In this document: piece by piece, positions 12,591 through 24,781 of the stretch
How positions within the stretch are numbered: the stretch's first letter is position 1
How the letters are laid out: each line of letters begins with the position of its first letter
Assembly: GCF_003704095.1 (NCBI RefSeq)
Contig: NW_020843826.1
Span: 1-64,000, forward strand
Direction: 5' to 3'
Length of the DNA: 64,000 bases
Origin: Pocillopora damicornis
Taxonomy: Eukaryota
Made by a program: the position numbers and the translations under genes
Notes under the pieces: generated by a model
Told to the model about the DNA's origin: nothing
Database searches by the model: none
The model's input: the letters and a program-made list of their open reading frames with translations, nothing else

Positions 12591-14162
12591 ACTTTTGGCA
12601 ATCTTGTAGCATCAAAGAGAATCCTTGATTTTGATATTGACAGTTAATAGTAGATCAGAATTAACTTTAAATTGTATTTAGTAGTTATGTCTGTGTCCAT
12701 TGTCACTCTTGATAAGTGGGAGGTGCACATGTACATAAAGTGTAATTGTTTTTTTGTTTTTCTGGTAAAAATTACTGTAACAGTATACTTCAGTTAATAT
12801 GTAGTCATTGATAGAGTTGTTAACCCTTTAACTCCCAAGATCTGATTGTTAATTCTCCCCTCTAGCTGTTACACATTTCCTTGTAAATTAGTTATGAGAA
12901 CTTGGTGCTTTGTCAAGAGATAAGTTGGGATATTCTCATATCCTGTTTGCTGAATAACATGGGATATTACAGGGAGAAGTTTCATGTTAATAACTTCTGG
13001 TAATCAGAATTAAAATGATACACAGCACACAGAAAGGGCCTAGCAAACAACGGTGTGTGCATTTGTCACTTTTTCCAAACCTTTGCATGAAGTGGCCTTT
13101 ATTCCCCAGAGATGAAGCCAGTTGCCAGTTCTTTTGACAAGTGTGCAAGCCTTACTGGGATTTCTGTAGCCAGTGAAAACACCTCAGCAACATTTTGTAC
13201 AAAGTGAGACACAGAGTGAAGCAATTGAAACTAAATATAATAGCTAGAATGAATTTTCCTTTTGTTTTATAATGTAAACGATTCCTGTGCATGTAAAACT
13301 ATCTTAAACAATGGCTTGTCATTATCTCCTTTAGTTGAGTTAATGATTTAACCCACAGTACTGGAGTTCCAAACACTCTCTTTAGAGGTAAAAAAAATTC
13401 TGTGAAAAGTGTATCATGAAAAAAATTTAAAGTCTATGCAGTAAATTGTTGCAGTTTCCTTTAATGACATTTAACATTTTATGTGCCTAGTTTCACAACA
13501 CACGACATTGAGACCTTCAACCTCTGTCTCTATCTTCCTGAATCTCCCAATGTCAAGTCTCTTTTTCTTCACCTGCACTGCAAAAAATTCTACTTGATAT
13601 ATTTATAGGGGATTGTTTAGCATCTTAAACCATGAAAGCCTTCCAAAAAAATATACAATTTTTGACTTTTTTAAGTTCTGAATGCTTAACATAAACCATA
13701 CAGTTTCTTTGACAGAAGATACTTTTATTTCAAACAATGTATGTTACAAGGAAATCTTATGTTTATATTTTTTGGCTTATCCTCAGGGTAACCATGATAA
13801 AAATGCTACCATGCATCAGTGGCTGTCTATTTGTTGTACATTAATTTTGGTTGAGTTTTTTAAATAATTGAAACGGCACTGGAACACATAACTAAGGAAA
13901 AACTACCAGCACTAAATTTTCAACATTTCACAAGTTCACATGGCTTAATTTGACAACAGCTGCAGATGGTCGTCAAGGAGCCCTACACAATAAGCTGCTT
14001 TATGACAAACAGTACTTTTAAATTGTTCATCTGACATGCACTTTATATTATTTATCAAGAAGTAAAAGTCCTCATGTGAGACTACGCAGAGCACTATGTC
14101 TGTCTAACTATGTACATGCATCATTTTTGACTTAGGTCTGTGTATAAAACAAAATAAAAACA

Positions 14163-17100
14163 CTACTGTGTGGCAGTTTGGTGAGGATGTCCATATGCAG
14201 CCCCATACTGCTGATACCACTGACTATAGCTGTATGCATTCTGAAAGATAGAGAAACAATGTTTTAAATTCACCCTTAAATCATTAAAGTTTTTTTTTCC
14301 TAAGCTCAGTGTAACCATACAAGTTCCTGAGGGCAGCAAAGATTTAGGAAGTAAAGAGCTTTTGCAAAGATGTGAAAGCCATGAAGGGAAGGACACAGGC
14401 TTTCAGCCAGGATTTGATAAGTGGCCGTCCGTGAATTGATGCTACCCGTTTTAAAATCAAATTAAACTGTCTTGTGAAATGCATTACCAAAAGAATAACA
14501 AAAAAAAATCTTTGATGTAAGATCAACTGTCAGTACATCTGCTTCATATCTGCCCATAACAAGAACAGGTTTCCTCAAAACAGAATGGTACAATTGCATG
14601 TGCTATTGGCAACAGGGAACGAGCAAACAATCATAGATCAGACAGTTCACTAGCAAAGTTGCCACCAGTTCACCTCCAACTTATTGACAACCTACCGGCT
14701 GTGCAGCTGAGTAGGCTGCCCACTGGCTCTGTAAGGGTGTGGAATAGTTATAAGCAGATGCCGCAGCAGAGTAGGCTGCTGCTGATGGATATGACGCATC
14801 GTATGTTTCTGCTCCTGTCAGTGCAGTGCTGGTAGCATGTTGACTATTTTCCACTATTCCATCTTCTGTTTTTGATACTTTGGATTTGATGTCTGAACTA
14901 CTAGAAAGGATAAAAGACCTTTTAACAGAATTCTGAAGTGCACCACAGTTTATGCTGAATAAAGTAATATACACAACATTAAGGAATACAATAGAAGTTC
15001 ACTTTTGACAATTTTTTACCATTAAGAAGATACTTATCGCAGATAGCATAGGATTCCCTTGCAAGTAACAACAAAGAAATGAAATTTTGCATAGTGCATT
15101 TTCTGTTGGCAACAGGGAACGAGTGAATTGTCATGGAATTGACGCATCCACTAGCTAAAGGTTGCCCCACTCCTCCACCATTAAGTTAGCTTTCATTATC
15201 TTGCAGCCTGTACTATGACATTTCAGTGACAGTTCTCGTTTTAAAGAAATTCTCACATCTCTCTGTTGTGATATCTCACTTGAAAAATTTTGAAATGCAT
15301 TTCTTTAAAGCAATTACTTCTTACCCATCTCCCTCTTGTGACCTTTTACTGCCAGTCAATGGGATCAAGGAAGATTTTCCTTTATAAAGTCTAGCATGAT
15401 TTTCCTGAGCAGCCATTATTTTGGTAATGTCAGCACTGAAATCTTCAAGAAATTCAACTTGTCTTTGAGAGAAACCTTGTTTGACTTCTGTGTTCAGCTC
15501 ACTGTCTCTCACCAAATCAAAGACTTCTAGAACCTTTTCTTCTTTCAATGGAAATGAAGAAAGCTCTACATCCAAAAGCTGAAGATACAACCTCTTGTTA
15601 TCCTAGAGAGGAAAAAAATTCAATGTTATATAAAAAAAGTGCAACAGATAAATGATTTGACTTCATCAAAGGCACTTTATTTAATGCTATTGTGGAAATG
15701 TCCAAAGTGTCCTTAATGCCACACCAACACTGATATGACAAAAAAATTAGAGTGTCAAGAGAATAAATAACTGGTACAGATTGATTTTCATCCACTCTTT
15801 TCATCCTTCTTGAAATGATACATAGAGTGTTTGTAAATACCTTATCTTTTTCAAGGGCAACCTTCAAGACCTCTCTTGCTTTCTCCACATTACCCATGAC
15901 CTAATGAGAAAAAAAAAGAGAACACTCAGGGGAGCAGACACAAGAACAAAGACAAGCAACACTAATTGAAGAGGGTATGAAACTCAATTCCAGCAACAAT
16001 ACTCAGTCCAAATATCTCATCTACATTGCATAATACAAGATTAAGTCAAGGTCTATAGGTGATGTAAACCTTTTTAAATTAGCATTCATCATTAGATTTT
16101 GAACTACTGATCACAGGCAAACCATTAACCCTTTACACCCTAAAGTCATTATGCATATTCTCCATACTGTTCTTTACATATTTCCTACGGTGCTGACAAG
16201 GAGAAATTGTCAACCGATCAAAAGCTTCTTTTGTGGGGTATGATTTTAGTCATCCTCATAACCTTAATATATAATGCTAGTCACTCTTCGGGTTTAAAGA
16301 GTTAAGACAAACAACTTTAGAAAAACGTTTCAAATTTTTAAACCCATGATCTGCCTAGATACTATAAGAATCAATTTATAGCATTCAACAGAATTTCCTT
16401 ATGGAACAAGATAACAACCCTTAAGCTGAAAAGTTCTTCTATCCTAATAACATTTAACATTGCAAGAAAGAGTTGCATGTTATTACTCTTTGTGAGGTTA
16501 GAGGGTTAAAAAGAACCCTTCTAAACACAAGTTGGCCAAACACAGAATTCTTCTCTTACCTTTGCTAAAAATCGGGAGTATCTAATAGCAAAAAATGTTG
16601 CTAACTCCTGGTCACTAGTCTCATTCATGGTCTCTTCATAGAGAGTACAAGTAACTTCAAAGTTGTCCCTCCGTCTTTCCAGGTTTACTCTCTTTAGCTT
16701 CACTATTATTATACCAGGAACACCCTTGTCTAACTCAGCCAAAATCTCTGATGCCTTGGCAGCATTTCCTTAAAAAAAAAGATGATAAATTAGTACCAAC
16801 CATCCCTTTGCCTATATGAGACTAATATCATAACTTTGCCAAAAAATTAATTGAGGCACTTTTTAATCTACCTTGTATAATGCATAATAGGTAGATTTAA
16901 AGATTGATGGTAAAATGATCTGTTAAAGATGTCTCAATTCGTATGCAATGTAACACACACGAAGAAAAAAAGATTGAAAATTTTGGACTTGAAATTAGAT
17001 AGGACTCCAAGTATCTGTAGCTTTCTTGAGCAGTTTTGATCACACCATGAGATTCTTATACTAAATTATTTCTTCAGGGTTCAATATACACATGCCATAC

Positions 17101-20100
17101 CAAGATGAGATATAAATTGGCCCACTAGAATTCTAACTGGACATCCTGACATGAAAAAAGTGGACTCACCTTGCTGTTCTTCAAAAGCAGCCCATGCTAA
17201 ATGAATGGAAGGTTTCCTTGGAAGGTGTATTGTGCATGCTCTCTCGTATACATGGCGGCATGCTTCCACATCATGTGCTTCCATGTAACTAGCAAATCTT
17301 TGCCAAAAGTCCTCATACAATGCACATGCAATTACACAACGTTCAAAGAGAATCACAACCCTTCTATGATCACCATTGCCAATTTCAAAATCCAGATATT
17401 CTCTCCAGTTCTTTAGCTGGACACGTTCAAGTGGTTTGACATGGAAATATGGTCTCTTTATGGCCTCCTCAAATGTCCAGCGCTTTCTCACTTCTTCTCC
17501 TAATGCAGTAAATACTTTTTGTCTTGCTGCAATTACTTTTTCTCTGATTGCAATAGTTTCAGCATCATCCTGAGGGAAAAGAATGTGTAAAACAAACATT
17601 CACAAATGAAATAAAAACAAGCTACCACACATTTTAAGCCTCACATTCAAAACAAGCCCAACTAAACCTTCTATCCTCTTGACAGCTTTTTATAACTGCA
17701 ATTGTTACTATCATTTCTACATTTACCGACCAATCTAAAGTAATGCCTTCATAATACACATTATTTGGAAGTTGAAAGAAACTAATACCTGGGAAGTGAC
17801 AGAGCTTTCAGCTCCAGGAATGGTAAGGTTTTCAGTTCCAGGAGCTACTTCATCAGCATCAGCATCTCCATCAACACCTTCAGAGACCAAATACAAATAA
17901 ACTATTCTGAGAATGCTTGGGACTTTTGGAACATTTAATGTAGTTTGAAAATCATTTATCATGAAAGCAAAAACTGAACACATTCTAATGTCTCATTCCT
18001 CATGAATTCTAATGTCAGCAAGCACTTCACCAAGATGGCAAATCTGAAAGCACTGACAAAATTGAAGGGCTTTATACAACACAAGTATTGAGGAGCATCA
18101 TACAATAAAAGTAGACATAACCAATTATGCAGACTCCATATACACTTCCTATACCTGGTGGATTAGCCGAGGAAGAGGTTACACTTATAAGAGGTTCCAC
18201 CTCGGCTGATGACAGGCCAGGGGGAGCAGCTGCAACCTCTGCCCTCAGCTTAAGAAGTTCCTCGGTGCACAATACCGCAGCAATAGGGTTGGAGTTTATG
18301 TGTTGTTTAAACCTGAAGAAAAGGATAAAAATTAGAGCAAATTATAGGTATTTTTTCTTTTCTTTATTGATTTTCTTAATGTTTTCACTCTCTCAATCTG
18401 CTTTGCAATTCTCTCAAAAAATGCCTCGCATCTCCTTGGCTACAAGCCGGGAAAATTTAAAATTAGTTTGATACAACCATACTGACCACAGCCAAACTTG
18501 GTAGATGTGAACATCTAATAGTTCTAACTTAAGTAAAGTGGATTTAAAATACCACGCAGTTCAGCTTGGTATACTCTTTGACAACTCAGCAGCACATGTA
18601 CATTGTATTTTTTCAAAATTACCAAAATGCTTACTTTTCAAAGTTCTGGCTGTAATTCTGGGTAGGAACATAAAAGACTCTGTCATATAAAGCTGTTACT
18701 CTTTGCAGTTGGCCTTGATTTTTCTCCCAGTCAATGTAAGCATCCCAAAGTTTGTCTGCACGGAACTCTTCTCCAGCCGATGACACTGCTCTTTCAAATA
18801 AACTGCAAAAAAGAAACCAAAGAGAGAAGCAAAAAATAACTTAGTAAAAGATAAGTCTAACAAAAAGGCATAAACTGACTACTTGATGCAAAATGGACTT
18901 AAATCAGGACTGAATGGATTGAAGCATTAAAATACCTTGTCCATCAGTAAAGAACCCAATACCAATTGACCCGGAAGAGGCTGGCGTGGGTTGCGATGCC
19001 CACTCAAAACTGTTTATCAACACCAACCTAACTGTTACTAATAAGAAATACATGGCACAACAAATCATCGGGATTAGATGAACTGCCAAAAATTGAACAA
19101 ATCAGAAATTCAAAAACAGAACTCTCAAAGTTTTAAACACACTCATCAACAGTGGTCAGATTATCCCCAGTGGAAAGGTTAATGCTCTCCTCAAGCCTTT
19201 GCTGATCAGTTTTCCTGGAGAACAGATAGCAATGTCAGTATTCAGGTTCATTAATGAAAGTTACCTGCGCATGACCTCTGGGCCATCAATCTGACCTTTG
19301 GTACTTTGAGAAACAAAGTTGAGGTAATGTACCCACAAATCCACACTGAGAGGAATGGCTGAAATAGCACCCTCAAATACCTGAAGCAAACAAAAAAAAT
19401 TAAGTCTATTTAAGTTACTTGATTTTGGAGGGTTTCATGTGTAAATTTGGTTATTACTGGCATTGTAATGTCCTGGTGAGAATCAACGCTAATATATATC
19501 AAGTCAAATGGACTGTTCAGACTTGTACTAATGTTGACTTGCAGAAGTAAATCCTTTCAACACATTTGTTTGCTGTTACTATCAGTAGTTAAATGTCCAA
19601 CTCTGTAGAGTAAATTCAACTTGGTTTTATTACATCACCAACACATACCTCTCTAGCTCTGTCATTGTTTCCATTTTTCCTTTCCAGGTCAGCATATTTC
19701 TTCCAGTACCCATAACAATAAGGGTAACGTTTAAAAAAGGCGTCGAATGCTTGCCTAGCAGATGACAGTTTGTTCTACATACAAGGAAAGTATACACAGA
19801 GAAAGACTAAATTAGCGCACACCAAGTTCAAAAAGGTTGTGAAAGCAAAGTGCAGGCTGAAAAAGCAACAAGAAATATAAACCTCCTCAAACTGTGGGTT
19901 CTACAAACGATGACTTGCATGGTTTTTTCCAAGTAAAGGCTAGAATTATCCTAAACAAAGAGAATCATCGACCAACTTTAATGATAACATTCAGAGCAAA
20001 TGAAGTTCAGCTGACAAAGACTTCCACGTGAAAGTGTTCAACGAACAACGGATAGGTTAGGTTTATTACATACCTCTTGTTCGACAAACTGCAAGAGATA

Positions 20101-20539
20101 CGTCCAACTTGTAAAATCCGCGGGGTTTTCCTTCACAGCCTTCCAGTACTTCAATTCTTGTTCGTTGACAACTTCTCCTTCCAGTACTGGGGCATTTGTA
20201 GAATCTTCGTCACCAATGGAACCATTTGCCTTCGTTTCAGTTATGTTTGCATCATTATCACCCTCTGCCGTATTTTCACCGTTGTCCTTCGCCGCTGCAT
20301 TTCAATTCCATCGAAGAAAGATAAGAGAGAGATTCAGGCTCATAGAAAAAGCATGTTGCACCTAACATTTACTCTACTACCTTTTTGTCTCCATTCTCAA
20401 ACGCAAGTTGTCGCCTGACGAATGAATGGAAATAAAGCTTCACAATGAAAGAGAACATGAGATACCAACCTACAGGATGAAAAGGATATTCGCTGGATTC
20501 AACCTCGTTACCCACCAGCCCTTCCTGAACGGCCGCCAT
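14163..20539 (-). CDS. PRPF39: Pre-mRNA-processing factor 39 (HAT-repeat protein); exons 20539-20470, 20294-20074, 19774-19649, 19380-19265, 18802-18635, 18312-18155, 17877-17789, 17569-17170, 16768-16560, 15900-15841, 15602-15325, 14900-14696, 14240-14163
   Basis: [82 protein letters not shown] and a Tyr/Gln-rich C-terminus. Intron phases are consistent across all 13 exons. Confidence 0.97.
14525..14665 (-). ncRNA. Intronic box H/ACA snoRNA candidate 1 (snR37/SNORA10-type guide for an LSU rRNA pseudouridine)
   Basis: Hairpin GGCAAC-UUUGCU-[upper stem]-CGUUCCCU-GUUGCC, then H box AUAGCA 15 nt after the upper stem. The pocket pairs with LSU rRNA AGGGAACG-UG-AGC. A second hairpin ending in ACA (14530-14528) can be drawn. 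Confidence 0.75.
15032..15168 (-). ncRNA. Intronic box H/ACA snoRNA candidate 2, paralog of candidate 1
   Basis: Hairpin GGCAAC-CUUUAGCU-[upper stem]-CGUUCCCU-GUUGCC, then H box ACAGAA at the same 15-nt spacing. The second hairpin has a 10-bp upper stem (AUUUCUUUGU/GCAAGGGAAU) and an AUA box 15 nt downstream. Confidence 0.78.
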
Positions 20540-20737
20540 GTTAGCCAGGGTTTGCTGCAACAAACGAGTGAGAGAAACTGGTCAATAAATAGTGCAACGA
20601 ACCTTTCCCGAAACTTTCCGAAGGGAGCCGAAGATAAACGGAGCAAATTATTGGAATACTTAGCATACCGATATCTCCTAATCCTAGTAATTCAATGTTT
20701 ACATCGAGAAAAAGTGTATATTTTGCTTTCACAAAAT
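20540..20737. promoter_or_regulatory. Probable bidirectional promoter and 5' UTRs shared by PRPF39 and TMEM179-like A
   Basis: Divergent start codons (20539 minus, 20738 plus) separated by only 198 bp. Confidence 0.65.
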
Positions 20738-23140
20738 ATGCAGCGAGCGGAGCGATTTGAGATTTTCTTCTACATCGTAGCCCTCGCCGCTGGATGTTGC
20801 ATTTCAGTTCTTCTTAAACTCAACGAAACTAATTTCAATGGTGACTGTTTACTTTTTGGAAAACTGGATATTCTAACCAACAACATATTCATGGGAAATC
20901 AAGCGTACTGTAATTTTACATTTTACTCCTCTTTGACAAACGCCATCTTAGCGATTTTGCTCGGATTTGGCCAATGCTGCTGTAGTGTACACACCTACAA
21001 TTGGAGGTAAGGTGTTGATTAAATGAAATTGATGGCGAGTTTATTAAGACGATCGAAGTGCCCAAATCTTATTTATTATTTTTAAATATATTCAACTCTA
21101 TCATGCATATTTTTATTTCCAATTTTTTATCTCCCAGATTAGTTATTCCCTCTCTAGTATAGATTCCATGTTACCGCGGGTCTAAACAGTTGTACATCAC
21201 AGGAGACGTCAAAATCTGATCTACTGATTAAAAAAGTAAAAAATGGACGCACAGCGCCATAGAATTCGAATCGATTTGTTAAAAAGTAAAAGATAAAAAA
21301 AGTTAAACATACTGCTTCCTAAACCCTACCATCAACCTTTAGATGTCCAGTTTTCAGGAAAAATTTGTTCTTCTTAAGTTTGCAATTCCGCTTTTTAAAG
21401 CTCACACTAAAGAGGTTTCACATGTACATGTGTGTATTTGTCACCACCTGTCAACATTGACACTTCAACAAAGAATCAATTTTTAAATTTAATTTTAAGT
21501 TTTCGCCTTCAGCCCTACTCATATTTCCTTCAACATTCCACCATTTCTAGCGTAGTTTACTTCAAATTCATGGCCATCATTTTAGCAGCAATTGCTTGGA
21601 TCAACTGCTTGGTGTGTACTATATTTATCGTCACTGGCTTCAACAAATGGTGTAACTCTGTAACCAACAATGGAAACATTGAAAGGTATGTTTCATTGGA
21701 AGTCTTTCTCACAAGCAGCATTGTTCTTATGGAACAGAAAGCTCTGCAAGCCTTCAAAACCACCTGCTTGCCATTGTTTACATTAATGCAAATGTTAAAT
21801 TTCTGTTTCAGGAAATTTGTATCACATGCAAGCTGAGTTTGTTGATTTTTATTTTTATAATTACTGTTCTTCCTGATTTGAGGGTTTGACCCTTTAGCAC
21901 CCAGGAGTGACCAGCACCTAATTTCTTCTCCCAACAATACCCTTGAATAAACCTCCTTAATCTAAATCATAGCTATTGAAATAATGACAATCTCTGACTA
22001 TTCACATGTGAAGCTTATGTCATCTACAGGTGCAAAAATGCAGAAAGGTGGGATTGGACTGTTTACAGACCAGTTGGCATTGATGGCAGAAACTTTTACA
22101 CCCACCTGTTTATAGCAGAGGTTTGTGTAGCCTACATATNNNNNNNNNNCTTGGGAGGGGAAGGGCACCGCTAAATGTAGGCTAAGGTTTGTAATGTCAT
22201 TGAATAAAAATTTCAAATGAATGTTAACATTGAACACTGAACAGCTAGTCAATAATTCTTGTAAGGTCTTTCTTGTGCTGTATGGCAAATCATTCAATGA
22301 CAGGTCTCTTAAAAAAAATTGGTTAATTTTGTTTCCTGAGAATCTCAGTGTTTCCCAAGGCAAAGCCTCAGGAAATATTGAAATTTTTAGGAAAATAAAA
22401 TTGTTTTGAGAGCCTAGTCATCAAGTGATTTGTAATACAGCACAAGGAATACATTACTTAAATTTCAATTAACCCTTTACACCCTAACATCAATATCCAT
22501 ATTCTCTATACTCCCTCTATACACTTCTTTTGGTACTGACAAGGAGAAATTGTCTTGTAATCAAAGCTTCTTGGATTGGCAACCATTTTCTATATTCTCA
22601 CAATGTTGATAGAAGATGCTAATGAGCAGTATTGCTGTGAGGAGAACTTACATGGCGGTCAACCTTAGTTTAACACCATTTCACACCAATTTTGGTCATG
22701 TTTTGTTCACCTGCAACAGTCAATGTTCACAGGTAACACAGCACAGGTACCCATGCCACTGGCTTAAAAACATTTTGCAATGTTAGTTGCTCAGAGACCT
22801 GCCTGAAAATAGTTTCGTTGTTAAATGTCGTGTGACCTCAAAGTAAACAATGAAAGGGTGAACGTTTGGGGAAAAAATTTCAGCTATTAGACAAAAAGTC
22901 TCAATATAACAATTTTAATACACGCATTTTCATTTTTTTTTACACCAGGTTGCATCATACTCTGCTTTAGGGATTTGGTTTATCATAACAGTGTTCTCTG
23001 GTAGAAATTTCAAGAAAAGCTTATTTGAGATGAAAGCTTCTGAGTATTACCTTACTGATGAGAGAATGACATACTCATCACCCATCCAAGAAATTCCATT
23101 TTATGAGGTTACAAGTGACAGGGGATCAAGATATCTTTAA
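20738..23140 (+). CDS. TMEM179-like tetraspan membrane protein A; exons 20738-21006, 21551-21685, 22030-22120, 22949-23140
   Basis: Four hydrophobic segments with FNGDCLLF, CNF, GFNKWC..C and FY.HL.IAE, matching the TMEM179 pattern (F.G.CLLF, GF..WC, FY....AQ). In-frame GT-AG splicing, phases 2,2,0. Confidence 0.85.
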
Positions 23141-24283
23141 ATTAGTACTTCTTAGTTTGCAAATATTCAGAAATGTTTTGCTACATTAATAATATAGAAA
23201 TTTATAGCTTCAGAAAACCAAATGAGAAGTTTTTCATTTGAAATAAATAATGATGAAATAATGTAAAAAGTCTCCCACAGTGTCCAGAGTCATCATCTTA
23301 AGGAACATCAGATTGCAAATATCAAAAAAATTAATATTCCATAGCATAAAAGGCTTTATACTGTAAGACTTGAAAAACTTAATAAAATAACTGAGATATT
23401 ACCTTTTGTCGTAATGGTTAACCCAAAGTTGTTTTATAAAAGAGCATTAGACAAAACTTTCTATCAGTTAACCAGCCTACAACCGTGACAGGATGTTGGG
23501 AACTGGAGTCGACAACAGAAAGCGTGTTCTATAGCTTAATTAACATTCTTAATATTGACCTTCTGGTACATATATCTATACTGTTTCTAAGTTTCACAGC
23601 AGCTTAAATTCTTAAAATTGGTTTCTATTTAGTTTCAATTGGTGTCACTCCAGTGTATGTGGAAAACTGTGTAGCCTACTGCATGGTTTTGTCACTTTCA
23701 TCATCAAAACATTGACTGATTTTTTTGGTTATTTACTGCCTATCTTAATGGGCATAGAGAGATTGAATAAATAGTTATTATAAGTTATTGAGAGAAACCA
23801 TCAGTGAGTTATGTTTGTTAAATTATTCAGTATGAAATAAAATACTAATATCCTTTAACCCTTTAACTCCCATGAGTGACCAAGACAGACTTTCTCCTTA
23901 CAATATCAACTAAATAAGTGATGAGAATAAAGAAAAATACCAATTTGGTGAAAATTAGTTGATTCAATACTAAATTCTCTGAACTAACATTATAAGAATT
24001 GTATGGTTGATGGTGAGAAGAATTACAAATTTGATCTGAGAGTTAAAGGGTAAATATCAGGACACCAAACAATGAAATTAATTCCCTTCTTTTCATAAAC
24101 CACCAGCTATTCAACGGGCAGAGTCTCATTAGAGCCTACATGCATCACACTATTAATTCTAGAATAATTTTGTATGAACTCCTACTGTTATTTTTCTATT
24201 CTATGTAACTAAGTTGAAGTCTATTCTGATTTAGAGGATAACACTCTTGAGCTGGTATTTGTACATGTAACAACAAAACACAC

Positions 24284-24691
24284 TTAACCCTTTAACTCCC
24301 AGAAGTGATTAACATAAAACTTCTCCCTACAATATCCATACATTCTTCAGCAAACAGGTGATGAGAATATTCAAAATTATCAGGTAGAAGCCACTGTCTT
24401 GATCTAGCACCAAGTTCTCATAACTAATTTACAAGGAAATGTGTAGCAGCTACAGGGGAGAATTAACAATCAGATTTTGGGAGTTAAAGGGTTAACCCTA
24501 TATCTCCCAAATGTGACCAAGACAGAATTTCTCCTTACAGTATCAATCAGGTAATAGACGAGAAGAAAATATCAATTAGGGAGTCATTATTTGATCCAAT
24601 ATCAAATTCTCCGAACTACAATGTATCATCATAAGAATGTCAAAAACACTAAGGAGAAATACTAATTGGATCTTGGGAGTAAGAGGGTCAA
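24284..24691. mobile_element. Two TTAA-MITEs of different subfamilies inserted back-to-back
   Basis: ttaa-ccctttaactccc...gggagttaaaggg-ttaa (24284-24495) followed directly by ccctatatctccc...gggagtaagaggg. Other copies lie near 9740, 12820, 16126, 22469, 23855, 28113, 29937, 30826, 31657, 35259, 49120, 58615 and 63598. Confidence 0.85.
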
Positions 24692-24781
24692 GGGAAAATC
24701 TGTCAGCACTGAGTTAGCCAGGTGTCAAAATGATCCTCATGGAGAGGTCAGCGGAAGAAGTCAGTTAAACTGAATCATCTA

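Noticed and set aside
16000-16095. ATGATGA...CTGA pair in a PRPF39 intron (C/D snoRNA-like)
   Set aside because: No terminal stem and no rRNA-complementary element that I could identify.
20426-20737. N-terminal extension of the 194-aa ORF
   Set aside because: Overlaps PRPF39 exon 1 antisense; TMEM179 similarity starts at the ATG at 20738.
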